A DNA stretch of 64,000 nt, taken from contig NC_043016.1 in assembly GCF_006345805.1 (NCBI RefSeq), positions 21,328,001 to 21,392,000 on the forward strand, in the 5' to 3' direction. This document shows positions 13,690-26,180 of this stretch, one piece after another. The notes below the pieces were generated by a model that saw nothing but the letters and a program-made list of their open reading frames with translations, ran no database searches and was not told where the DNA came from. Position 1 is the stretch's first letter. The number at the start of each line of letters is the position of its first letter. This DNA comes from Octopus sinensis. Its lineage: Eukaryota. The position numbers were made by a program, and so were the translations under genes.

Positions 13690-15800
13690 ATGTATCTACC
13701 ACCTTCATGTTACCATCATTATATTTCTGTAGCATTACTGCTCCAATACCATACTCAGAAGTGTCTGAAGCTACAACAATCTCTGCTGCAGGATCAACAT
13801 GTGCTAACAACATCAGATGCTAATATTTTTCATTTTGTCAAATGCCTTTCGACAATTTTCCCACCAATTCCATTTCGTATCTTTTTTCAACAGATTATTC
13901 AGTGGAAGCCTCACCTTATGCATATTTGGAATATAATTTTGGTGATAATTTGCCAATCCTAAAAATGCATGTAAGGTCACTATGTTTGTTAGAGGGGATA
14001 TATTTTTAATTGTGTCTGCCCTCGATGGATCTGGTCGATGTCTAATTCTGTCAATGATTTGTCCTAAATATCTTATTTTCAGTAAGAAAATTCACACTTT
14101 TCTTCATAAGCCATAATCCCTAATTTTTTAATACATATTTTACCTGCTCTACATGTTGATCCCTGGATTCACTTTCCATGAGTATATCATCCAGATATAG
14201 AATTGTGAATGCACAGTCCCCTAAACTTGCATCCATTATCTGTTGTAAAATTGCTTGCATGACTTTTAAGCCAAATGGTAACCTGTTGTATTTATACAGC
14301 CCTTATGTATGTTAATTGCTAGGTATTTAGAGCATTCAGCATCCATTCTAATTTGTAGGTATGCATCAGAGAGATCCAATTTAGAAAATAGCTTGTCACC
14401 TTTTAATTTCATGAAAATATCCTCCAGATAGTGGCATGTTTTAAGACATTTGTTTAAACCAATGGAAAAATCAGCACACACTCTGATTTTATTATTCTTT
14501 TACTTAACATACACAATTGGTGATGCCCAATCAGAATATTCCACTTTTTAGATAACTCCAATTTTTTCTAGCTTTTCTAACTCTAAGTTTATCTGTTCTA
14601 ACACTGTGAATGGTACAGTTCGTTTTTGTTTAAGTGTTGGTATGACATTTTCTTTTATTTGAAACTATGCCTTCATTTTGGTGCACAGACTTAATTTATC
14701 AGACAGAACTTCAGGAAAAATATTTTTTAATATTATTTATATTTATATGTACTGGAGGAAAAACCATTCACATTATTACAGAAAAGATTTATAGGGAGGT
14801 CCCATAAGTTAAATAATTCCATCCAGTTGTTACTGAATAAATTTGTGCCATTATTTAACACAAAAACTGTAGCTTTCAATGTCTTTTCCTGAAATGTAAT
14901 GTGACTTAATTTGCCCTTAAAATATCATTTTTTTCCAGACACACCATGGGCATTTTTGAAGTTTCATTTTATCTAGGCCACCTGATTTTTTCCATGTATT
15001 TGTGTTTATTATCAAGATATCGCTGCCTGTATCCAATTGTAACTTTACATTTGTGTCATTAACTTTTACATACACAAATTTTGAAGCTTCTTTGTATTTT
15101 TTGTCACAGATAATCCATTTACCCAATTTTTTCAGCTGAGCCATTTTCTAGGTTTTTGTCCTACAATGCAACTTTTTATGACCTATTTTACCACATTTGA
15201 AGCATTTTATATTTTTAAACAGACAATTATTTTTAAAATGTAGACCACCACATCCATAACATGATATTTTTCTCTCTTGTTTCTTATGAGAGCAATCTTT
15301 CACTTCAGTTTATCCTGCATCATGTCATAGATTTATAATCCCCTGACATTCTTCTGCTTCTACCTGTAGAATTAAATTTTGATCCTGTTCTAATTTTGAT
15401 AATATCCAGGAATGTGTATCTGCATCTTTATTTGCAATAAGACCTTGATCAAAAAATTAAGTACTTCAATATGTCTGGAGCTGACTCATTCAATTTGAAT
15501 TTCTCACACTTTATGTTAACCACTCTGGCATAGGTGATGAAATCTTCATCATCTTTTTTGACCAAATATAAACATTGCCAGTGAGTATTGAACAGGGAAC
15601 TTCTTCCACTGAAAATTTTCAATAACATATTGTTTCATCAAAATAAATCTCACCTGGCTTCTTCGGCAGAATATAATTACTGTATTTTTTTGTGTTCAGC
15701 AAGGGATAACTTTCTTAAAAGTAGTCATACATTATTTTCGTTGGACCAACTTTTACTCCCTGCAAGAACAACAACAACAATTACTATCACAGGAACAAGC
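13690..15800 (-). mobile_element. Gypsy LTR-retrotransposon gag-pol remnant
   Basis: Gag LLLRKLSLAEHKKYSNYILPKKP; protease VKLQLDTGSDI; RT FSKLDLSDAYLQI; RNase H IVVASDTSEYGIGAV. Confidence 0.9.
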
Positions 15801-15839
15801 ACTGCAATTTATGAATAGTAAGTCATCCAAAAATGCTGA

Positions 15840-16165
15840 GATGTTCCCACCAGATTATGTTGCCAACTCAATAACAGAATTTAAGTATGAACTAGATGAA
15901 TGAGCTACCTTCCAAGCATACTGTAGAAGATATGAACAGATCTTCAATAAAGAGTGCAAAGAATGGGACAACAATATGAAAATGCATCTGATCCTAAGAA
16001 AACTGGCAGTAGGAGAACATGAGCATTATAACAGTTACATACTCCCAAAACACCTTTTGACATAAACTTTAGAAATACAACAGACATATTACGGAAGATT
16101 TTTAATGAGAAAAGCTTGTTGTCCAATACACACTGGGAATGTTTAAACCTAGAAAAGAGCAATGA
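15840..16165 (+). mobile_element. Gypsy gag fragment of a related subfamily, head-to-head with the previous element
   Basis: Translation TFQAYCRRYEQIF...LILRKLAVGEHEHYNSYILPKTP...WECLNLEK is homologous to the minus-strand gag. Confidence 0.75.
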
Positions 16166-16339
16166 GGAAGATTACATCACATATATTTTCTTTCACTTAT
16201 ACATCTGGGTTCAATTATTTTTAGTGGTATTGGTACTTGAAAAGTATAATATAACCATTCCATTGGTTCTTCCATTCTCTTGGCTTTGCAGTCAACAAAT
16301 CTTTTTTTAGTTAATTTATGTGTCTCTTGTATACCCATT

Positions 16340-16745
16340 TTTTTTCTTTTACCAATTGATATGAGTCTGGACAAGCCATCCACATGCCCTAGTTTCTTTG
16401 ATTGTAAATATTCCATTTTGAAATCATAATTCAATAATTTAGTGCCTGGTTGCTGTAGTCTATTTGCTGTGTGTGTTAGTATTCCTTTTTTAGTACCATA
16501 TATTGACAGGAGTGGATGATGATCTGTTTATAGACAGAAACTTCTTCCATGAATAAATCTATGAATTTTTTTTACACTGAATATAATTACTAATGCTTCC
16601 TTTTCTATTTGGGTGTAGTTCATTTCTGCTTGTAAAAACGATTATGACATGTTATAGCCTTTTCACTCCCATCATCATATCTGTGTGAAAGCACTGCACC
16701 TATACTGTAATCACTTGCATTTGTACCTATGCTTTTAGTAAAACT
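16340..16745 (-). mobile_element. Gypsy RNase H fragment
   Basis: ASDYSIGAVLSHRYDDGSEKAI; LLSIYGTKKGILTHTANRLQ; NYDFKMEYLQSKKLGHVDGLSRLI. Confidence 0.85.
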
Positions 16746-17526
16746 GTGTAATCTATTTATCTGATTCTTATTATGGCATTGGGTTTGTTTGCTATTATAT
16801 TTGACATTATATTTATCAGTTATTTTTATATTACTATTTATAGAGTTTATATATTGTTTACCTAACCTAGTAAGTCCATTCATATCTAAGCCACTTTGTA
16901 CTTTAATGGGCACATATTCAAGTAAATTTGTTCTCTTCTTTTTGTTTCTAAGTACTCTATTGTTATATTCTAATTGCACAGATTTTCGGTCTTTAACTCT
17001 TCCTACAGTCTGTTCTTTTTGATTTGTGGTGTTTTTCATATTATGCATACTATTATGATTATTGTTAGTATGGTCCATCCCACTACTTATATTATTTCTA
17101 TTATTACTACCGTTAAAGAATTTTAATTTTTCTCTATATCGTCTTCTCTAATGCAAAATTATAAAAGTCCTCTTTTAGTTTAAATACATTCACATTTGCT
17201 GAGAGATTAACAATGCGGATTGATATATTTTCTACTATAGATCAGGTTATACTTTTTACATATTTTCGATATTAACAATTGTTATAAACAATTTATAATT
17301 CCTTTTTATATATCTAATTGTCTTATATAATTAACTGTATATTTCTAAGCTCTCCTTTAATAGATTTATGTCTGTATCTGTGGTGTTAGTACTCCTTTTT
17401 TAGTACCATATATTGACAGGAGTGTGTGTGTGTGTATGTGCCATGTATATTCATAGTGTCATACACACAATGATATGTCTTTTAGTGTGTGTGTGTATTT
17501 TTATATATATATATATATATATAAAA

Positions 17527-18080
17527 TATCATCATCATCATCATCATTTAACATCTGTTCTCCATGCTGGCATGGGTTGGACAGTTTGTCAGGAGCTGAC
17601 CAGCTGAAGGGCTGTTCAGGCTCCATGTCTGTTTTGGCATGGTTTCTACAGCTGGATGCCTTTCCTAATGCCAGCCACTTTACAGACTGTGCTGGGTGCT
17701 TTTACATAGCACCAGCACAGGTGCTATTTATGTGGCACCAGTACCTACAAGCCTGCAAGATTAGAGATGCTCAGCTGGAGAGGGTTGCAGTGGACAAGCC
17801 TTTATGCAAGAGCAACCATGCTTTTACTTAGCTTGATGTGTCTTTTCAAGCACAGCAAACTGCCAGGAGTCTCAGTCCTCTATCATCTCTGCTGTGGGTC
17901 CCAACATCTGTAGATCCTTTCTTGCCACTTCATCCCATGCCTTCCTGGGTGTACCCCTTCCACACATCCTCTCTACAATTAGAGATTGGTACCTATTGAT
18001 GCAACTGTATTCATTCATACGTATTACATGGCCATACCAGTGCAGTCTTCTCTCTTGCACACTACATCTGATGCTACATA
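17527..18080 (-). mobile_element. RTE LINE 3' end
   Basis: QERRLHWYGHVIRM...GRGTPRKAWDEV followed by the family 3' tail and (GAT)n. Confidence 0.85.
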
Positions 18081-18109
18081 TATATATATTTTTATATATA
18101 TATATATAC

Positions 18110-18425
18110 TCTTTTTACTTGTTTCAGTCATTTGATTGTGGCCATGCTGGAGCACCGCCTTTAGTCGAGCACATCGACCCCGGGACTTATTCTTTCTAAG
18201 CCCAGTACTTATTCTATCGGTCTCTTTTGCCGAACCGCTAAGTGACAGAGACGTAAACACACCAGCATCGGTTGTCAAGCAATGCTAGGGGGACAAACAC
18301 AGACACACAAATACACATATATATATATATACATATATACGACAGGCTTCTTTCAGTTTCTGTCTACCAAATCCACTCACAAGGCATTGGTCAGCCCGGG
18401 GCTATAGCAGAAGACACTTGCCCAA
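18110..18425 (-). mobile_element. tRNA/CORE-type SINE, 5'-truncated
   Basis: Near-identical reverse complement of the SINE at 25804-26180. Confidence 0.85.
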
Positions 18426-19510
18426 GATATATATATTTATATTTTTTTTATATATTTTATCTAGTTTCAGCTCACGAGCTGTGGCCATGCTGGAGCACCG
18501 CCAGTCAGTTTTTCTCTGAAATCACTTACACACTGTCATATATGCACACTGACATTATCCATCCAGTGAAGCATACTGGCTTCATTTCTTTTAAGTCTTC
18601 ACTTATCTTCAGTAGTCACAGCCCATGTTTCACTGCCATGTAGCATAGCTGTTTGTACACAGGCATCATACAATTTGCTTTTCACTCTGAGGGAGTGTCT
18701 TCATTACTAACAGCTCTCTGAATTTCGCCCAGCCTATTCTTATTCTAGTAGGTATGCTTTTGGAACAACCATCCCTACTCCTGACTTGGTCACCTAAGTA
18801 ACAGAAACTATGTACTACTTCTAGGGATCACCCTGGCATATGAATCATGTGCGTGCATGTGTTTGTGTGTGTTTATATGTATATATTGAGAAAAAGGGGT
18901 AGTTAGAATTTAGGATAATTCTTTATTAGCACTTTCATTCATTTAACTGAACTTTTCAAGAAAAAAATGAAAACCAAAATAATAAAAGCAGAACATTTCT
19001 TTGTCCTTTATATGAATTGAAGAGTAGATGTTTGTTTTGCTTTACTAAGGAGAGGAGAAAATCTTGTTTTTTGGAGGAAGGGAGAAAGAGAGGAAGATAG
19101 GGAGCAGGACAATCGAGAAAGAAGAAGAAAAGCAAAGTCGGTGGGGAAGGAAAGATAGAGGGAAAGTTTTCTGTTCAGTTTGATGTGATCAGCCCATTGA
19201 AATTTCATTCCAATTCCAGAAAGTATTTTTTATTTCTTTTTTCTTTTTTTCTTCTCTTTCCTTTCTCACTGTATACCTATCAACATATTTGCTAATATAC
19301 ACATTTCCTTGTTATATACATAGTAGGAGGTAGTGGCTAAATGACCTTTCAAGATGTTAATGTTAGGAAGTAGGATGGGAAAGATAAGAAAAAAGAGGAA
19401 GAAGAGAAAAAAAGTGATTCTTAACTGGGTGCAGTCACCCCTATAGAGTATGAAAATAAAAAGAGTTCAAAGTCCAATGAAAATGTACATTCATCCTAAT
19501 CAACACCTTC

Positions 19511-20720
19511 ATCATCATCATTGTTTAACATCTGCCTTCCATGCCAGCATGGGTGAGACAGTTTGACAAGAGCCAGCCAGGCAGAAGCCTGCACCAGACT
19601 TCTGTAACTGTTTTGGCAGGATTTTTACAGCTGGATGCCCTTACTAACACCAACCACTCAGCAGAGTGGACTTACTGCTTTTTTACATGGCACAAGCACA
19701 GGCAAGGTTTTTACAGCTGGATGCCCTTTCAAATGCCAACCACTTTATAGTATGAACTGGGTGCTTTTAAGTGGCACCTGCACTGACAGGGTCACCAAGT
19801 ACCTTGCAACACACAAAAAAAAAAAACGTTTTTGAGAGGGGAGGGGATTTGGATGAGGTTATCCTGTGTTGGATGATGAAAGGGTATAGTGAGGTAAAGA
19901 GACAGAAGCAGGTATCTTGCTTTAGAGGAGATATAAAGTTACCTGGCTGGAGAGAGAGGGAAATCAGAAATGAAGACAGAAGCAGATGCGCTACTGCAAA
20001 GGAAATGATATTGCACATCCAACAGAGCATACTACCTTCATTTCTTTCCAGTCTACTCATGTTTTTTCTGCATTCAGAGCCCATGTCTCACTACCATGGA
20101 GTATAGCTGTTTGTACAAAACATCTTATAGTCTACCTCTCACTCTGAGAGAGAGTCCTTTTGTTGCCAATAAAGGTAGTAGCTGTCTGAACTTCCTCTAC
20201 CCAATTCTTATTCTAGAAACAATACTTTCAGAACATCCTCCACCATTGCTAATTTGGTCACCTAGGTAACAGAAACTATCCACAACCTCAAGCGAGCCTC
20301 CTGGGCATTTGGGAGAATATAATTCCTGTGTGCTCTTAGTGCTTATTGTTCCTGGTACATGTGCCATGTACAAAGACAACTTTATCTGTTAATCTACTTG
20401 TGATTCCTCTGCACCTCTTATGTATCCATAGTTTATAATGGGTGCAGTGAATGGAATTTCTTCCAACTCCTTCCCTACTTATGGAGCAGGGCCATTTGCT
20501 TGATGGAAAGCAAGTTTTATCTTTCTTACTGACAACCACTTTTGTCTTAGCTAGGTTAATTTTAAGGCTCTTTGATTCCAGGTTTTGTTTCTATACCTGG
20601 AATTTATTCTCCAATTCTGCAATTAGAGCAAGGTCTTCAGCATATAGCAGTTCCCATGGGCACCCAGTTTTGAATTCCTCTGTTTATTATAGTATCCATT
20701 TGTTGCTTGCATAGTGCAAG
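19511..20720 (-). mobile_element. RTE LINE (RT C-terminus with Cys-rich insert, and 3' tail)
   Basis: KWPCSICREGVGRNSIHC..KLWIHKRC; LEVVDSFCYLGDQIS; 3' tail ending in (GAT)n at about 19511. Confidence 0.85.
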
Positions 20721-20989
20721 TGTGTGAGTTCCCATGGTAAAGTTACTAAAGTGCAGCTTATTAATGCTTCCATTGCTATTCTGGTTGTTTAATTCTGATG
20801 GGGTACAAATCCCTTTACATCCCTACACTTCTTTTGTTGTTAGGTGCTCTGCAATTATGTTCTATGTTTTCAAACTTTCCACCTTTAGTTTTTGTCCTCA
20901 TCCTCACTTCATAGTTTGTGGTGCTTTTCTGGTTATCAAGTATTCTGTAACTAGTGTTAAGATTGTCTGTCTTATTTATTCTTAGTGAC

Positions 20990-21575
20990 TGAGGCCTTTG
21001 GTGATATGTTGTGCTTAAGAGGACTCATCAAGCCAAATGAAACCATAGTCATGGCCGTTGCTGGAAGCGTAATCTTTGAATGTTGGGTCTCACAGAGGTG
21101 GATAGCAAGTGTCTAAGACCTTTGGCAATATGCTGTGCTTGAGAGGACTAATCAAGCCAAATGAAATCATAGTAGTGGCCATTGCTGGTTTCAAATGTTA
21201 GGCCCTACAGAGGTGAGGGGCAAGGTGGTCAAGTGTGATCTTCGAATGTTAGACCTCACATAGGCGATGACAAGTGACTGAGATCTTTGGCGATATGCAA
21301 TGCTTGAGAAAATTCGTCAAGCTAAGGGAAATCTTAGTCATGGCCATTGCCAGTGTCGTGTAAATGGTACCTGTGCTGGTTGCACGTAAAGAGCACCCAT
21401 TATACTCTTGGAGTAGTTAGCATTAGGAAAGGCATCCAGCCATGGAAACCATGCCAAATCAAACTGGAACCTGGTGCAGCTCTCTGGTTTACCAGTTCCA
21501 GTCAAACCATCTAACCCATGAATGGAAAACAGACATTAAATGCTGCTGCTGATGATGATGGTGATGATGTTGATG
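20990..21575 (+). mobile_element. RTE 3' end with three diverged tandem copies of the terminal segment, plus tail
   Basis: Repeated ctttggyratatgytgtgcttragagga..tcaagc at about 20996, 21119 and 21285, ending in (GAT)n. Confidence 0.7.
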
Positions 21576-22261
21576 ATGAGGTTTCCATTACAGAAATTTA
21601 ATTTTTCCCTGTTCCTGCCTTCTCTAGTGCTAAGTTATAGTAATCCTAATTTAATTTGAATATTTCTTCATTTGCTGAATGACTTGAATTGCAGGTTATG
21701 TTCTCCTCTGTTGATTGGGATATGCATCTAGGGTGATTACTATTTTACAACAAAAGTAGAAAATAACAACAGCACTACAGTAGAAATGCAAAAGACCTTT
21801 CTGTCCTTCAAGAAAAAAAAAACATGCATCCAGCAACAGTTGAAGATAAATGCAGGGAAACATAGTTACATTGTCAGAATGCACAATGATGAAAGACTCA
21901 TCAGATGACACTTGCAGGAGATATACAGACCACAAAAACAGGTCATATTCTGTTAACCAGTCTAACAGACAAGAGACAATAATATACCTGTGTCAGCCTA
22001 CAGTGGTGCTGGCCCCACAGCAAACATTAGTGCTCCAGCAGTTCTAGTCCAGCATGCCCAGCTCACAGTGCCACAGATGAAGACTGACCAACTACCAATG
22101 ACATCTGGCCACACTGTGAGAATAAGAAAGCTCCAAGAAAAGCTTAAGGACTTCATATGCAATTAGAACATTAAAAAAATATATTTTTCATTGATAAGGG
22201 GGATACAAGAGGATATAACATTGGTTATGTTCCTTTAATCACATGTATCTAGATTGATCTA

Positions 22262-22292
<31 letters not shown>

Positions 22293-22929
22293 ATCTATCT
22301 ATATATATATAAATACAATAAGAGGCTTCCAAATAGGAAAGCCTTGAGCTAGAAAGAGCAGTAGAAAACTCAAAACCACCAAATAAGGAAAAATTTTTGA
22401 AAGGAATGAAAATTAAAGTTTACCATCTCAATTATTTCCCAGACCATGGTTTCTAACTATTTCCAGCAAAAAAATATTTGCTGAAGGCCAGTTTCATCAG
22501 TGGGACAGCCTTTCGATTTCAAATACACAACACAGCCAGATCCACATGTAAAACTAACCGCTTGTATATTCTAACTTTTCAGACCACTGCGCAGACGCAG
22601 ATTATACCCGGCGACAGAGAGGATGCTGGTAAAAATTTCGAACAAATTCATCAGAGAACATATAAACATAATAAATAACAATAGAGTAATAAGAAATTAT
22701 TACTACCAGTGGCCTAGCACGAATTAGTCACTAGACTATATATTATTCACATAGAACTACAATAAGAGGCTTCCAAATAGGAAAGCCTTGTGCTAAAAAG
22801 AGCAGTAGAAAACTCAACACCACCAAATAAGGATAAATTTTCGAAAGGAATGAAAATTAAAAACGTTTTTAGTTTTCTACTGCTCTTTCTAGCACAAGAC
22901 TTTCCTATTTGGAAGCCTCTTATTGTATT

Positions 22930-23740
22930 TTCTTGTATTTTCAGAGTTAGAGAAACTAGAAAAAATTGGAGTTATCTAAAAAGTGGAATATTCTGTATGG
23001 GAATCACCAACTGAATACATTAAGAAAAAGGATAACAAAATCAGAGTGTGCGTTTTATTTTTTCCATTGGTTTAAACAAATGTCTTAATACATGCCACTA
23101 TCCACTACCTACTCTGGAGGATAATTTCATGAAATTAAAAGGTGACAAGCTATTTTCTAAATTGGATCACTCTAACATATTAGAGAGTGGACAATGAATG
23201 CTCTAAATGCCTAATAATTAACACACATAAGGACTGTATAAATACAACAGTTTACCATTTGGCTTAAAAGTTGCACCAGCAATTTTTCAACAGATTATGG
23301 ATGTAATGTTAGCAGACTGTGAATTCGCAATTCCATATCTGGATGATATACTCGTGGAAAGTGAATCCAGGAACCAACACATACAGCAGGTAAAATACGT
23401 ATTAAAAAACTAGGGATTACGACTTTACTTTGAATGAAGAAAAGTGTGAATTTTTCTTACTGAAAATAAGATATTTAAGACAAATCCTTGATAGAAATGG
23501 ACATTGACCAGACCCACCAAGGCAAATGCAATAAAAATATGCCCCCTCTGACAAACATAGTGACTTTACAAGCATTTTTAGAACTGGCAAATTATTCCAA
23601 AATTATATTCCAAATATGTGTAAGGTGAGGGTGCCACTGAATAATCTGTTGAAAAAAAGACATGAAAAGGGATTGGTGAGAAAATTGTCAAAAGGCAATG
23701 TAACTGCTAATTCTAACATACTGGGAAAGAGTAGTACATA
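22930..23740 (+). mobile_element. Gypsy RT fragment of the same family as 14000-14600
   Basis: Nucleotide match to the reverse complement of 14280-14560 (aaattaaaaggtgacaagctattttctaaattggatc); YLDDILV motif. Confidence 0.85.
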
Positions 23741-24604
23741 TACTTACACTGCCACACACACACACACATACACAAATTTGTTGCTAGATGTTATTGTTGT
23801 TTAGTACCAGGTTAGTCCTGGACCAGTAAGGTCTGTCATCAAAGGTATTCTATCCCATATATTTTTCCGGCAGCACATCCTGACTGGTATTATTCAATGT
23901 AGTCATTCTTTTTATTCAGTGGACTGTGACCATGCTGGTAGCACTTCCTTGAAAGGTCTGATGGATCAAATCAGCCCTATTACTTATTTTAAAACTTTCT
24001 ACTTATTCCATTGGTTCATTTGTACCAAACCACTGAGTCATGGTGGGGGTTACATATGTTATTGAAGGAGATATAACGAGATTCATTTAACCTCTCCACA
24101 TAAAATTCTAGAGAGGTGCGTCACTCTGGCAGTTGATCATTGTTACACAAAATATCATAGCCAGAAATATGAGATACATATCCTGTATTACAATTCTCTT
24201 GACCAAAATGAAACAACTATACAGTCAATCTGCCAAAAAAAAAAAAAATTTAAATGGTACTTGTATAATAGCTTATATATAATAAATTTATGTTATTTTG
24301 TTAATATCATTTCTACAGATATTCTATAGAAATTATAGCCAGCACTGATTTTTTGCTATAACATTTCATATCAAGATGTCAGATGTAAACAAATGATGAG
24401 ATTGAAGACAAATATGGGTAACGCGTGTATATGCTATATTTCAGAGATCTTTGCCCCTTCATCAACACATTCTCACTGCCGAACACATTGCTTATATGGC
24501 CACTGCATACAGCAGTGTTAAGTTATTGGAGATACCAATTTACATATTAAACTGGTATATAAAGAATGAGGATTTGTAGGTGGGATTTTGTTATGCAACC
24601 ATAA

Positions 24605-25125
24605 TCTATATATATATAAAACTGTAGTTGTGTGAGTGTCTGTCCCCTTCGATTTAGATTCCTAACTACTCCCACATTTTGCGGTGCAGTTTAACCAAAG
24701 TCGGGTATCTTATAGTCGTGATTCATATCGAGCCCGTCTGAGTATTATCGCGCGTCTACGATGAGTCTACGATTTAAAAAATAATTTAACATCATTTTTT
24801 ATTCCATTTTAATGCATAATTTTTCGTGTGTCGATGGCGGCGGAGTTGGCGTCCATGCTCACACCTGCACCTGTATTGCTTCTCCCCCTTCTTCCCTCCC
24901 TCGTGAAGCTGTGGGGAAGGGAGTGTAAGGAAATCAACGTCGTAAAGCGTTGTCAAGGAGACCAGCGTTCTTTTAGAACAACGACTTCATCGCTTGAAGA
25001 TCCGACACGAAAACAGAAATGGCTAAGAAAGCCCGAATTGGCATCTATAAGGGAAGTAACTCTCTAAAAATGCTTATATAGTTATCTCCCTTACAAATCC
25101 GAGCAACGCCGGGCGATACTGCTAG
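24605..25125 (+). mobile_element. Non-autonomous Helitron
   Basis: 5' TC and 3' CTAG ends, inserted between A and T with no TSD. Subterminal GC-rich hairpin ccgagcaacgccggg. Confidence 0.85.
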
Positions 25126-25803
25126 TATACTATAAAGTATATTAAATGTTTTTATAAGTCTACCATGTTCTACTGTGTCACGCCGGGAATACGTTTAATA
25201 TATATATTGGTAACACCGCTGTATGCTGTGGCTATATTTATTTTCAGTCTGATACTTTTCATACTGGTTTCTTTTATTGAACTGTTCAGTTACAGGAATG
25301 TAAACAAGCCAACACCAGTTGTCAAGTATTGTTTGGTCGCACACGCACACACACATACGCATTTACATGAGGCGGACTTTTTTTTTCCAGTTGCCGTCTT
25401 CCACCAAATCCTCTTGCGAGATAGTGGTCGCCTGGAGATATAGTTGGAGACACTGGCTCAAGATGTCACGCAATGGGACTGAACCGGAAACCATGTGATT
25501 GGAACACCCATGTGTGCTATATGAGCAATGTGTTTGGATGTGAGAATGGTTTAGATGAGTGCTGATGAAGGGCAACATTCCCGTGATATATGACATATAC
25601 ACTCATAACCCATTTTTGTCTTTGATTTCACTGTTACCACATCTGATGTCTCGATACAAAACGTAACAAAAAAATCAATGCTGGTTATAATTTCTATAGA
25701 ATATCTGTAGAAATAACCTTAAAATAATATCAAAAAGCACTGCTAATATGGTAAACATGGTATTGACTTATAAGAAACAATTAATATACTTTATAGTATA
25801 ATA

Positions 25804-26180
25804 GGCGCAGGAGTGGCTGTGTGGCAAGTAGCTTGCTAACCAACCACATGGTTCCGGGTTCAATCCCACTGTGTGGCATCTTGGGCAAGTGTCTTCTACT
25901 ATAGCCCCGGGCCGACCAATGCCTTGTGAGTGGATTTGGTAGACGGAAACTGAAAGAAGCCTGTCGTATATATGTATATATATATATGTGTGTGTTTGTC
26001 CCCCTAGCATTACTTGACAACCGATGCTGGTGTGTTTACGTCCCCGTCACTTAGCGGTTCGGCAAAAGAGACCGATAGAATAAGTACTGGGCTTACAAAG
26101 AATAAGTCCCGGGGTCGATTTGCTCGACTAAAGGCGGTGCTCCAGCATGGCCGCAGTCAAATGACTGAAACAAGTAAAAG
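25804..26180 (+). mobile_element. Full-length tRNA-derived CORE-type SINE (octopus OR-like)
   Basis: Box A TGGCTGTGTGG, box B GGTTCAATCC and CORE-like ttgggcaagtgtctt. Related copies at about 25270-25510 (-), 27361-27740 (+), 28911-29450 (+) and 18110-18425 (-). Confidence 0.9.

Noticed and set aside
13238-13813. Long Tyr/Ile/Val/Cys-rich ORFs here and at 10334, 31029, 51160-51995, 52425 and 57051
   Set aside because: Translations of (TA)n, (CA)n and (AAC)n microsatellites.
16620-17078. 152-aa ORF as a host gene
   Set aside because: Chimera of an AT-rich TE-like segment with Gypsy RNase H.
22478-22520. CTGATGA and GAAA on the minus strand
   Set aside because: The order and spacing do not allow stems I and III to form.
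24445-24580. Possible plus-strand exon (RSLPLHQHILTAEHIAYMATAYSS...)
   Set aside because: AG-bounded open frame, but there is no recognisable homology and no partner exons or start codon.
24828-25067. Conserved ORF MSMAAELASML..., also in the Helitron at the window end
   Set aside because: It lies inside a recently copied non-autonomous Helitron, so conservation reflects copy age. The C-termini differ.
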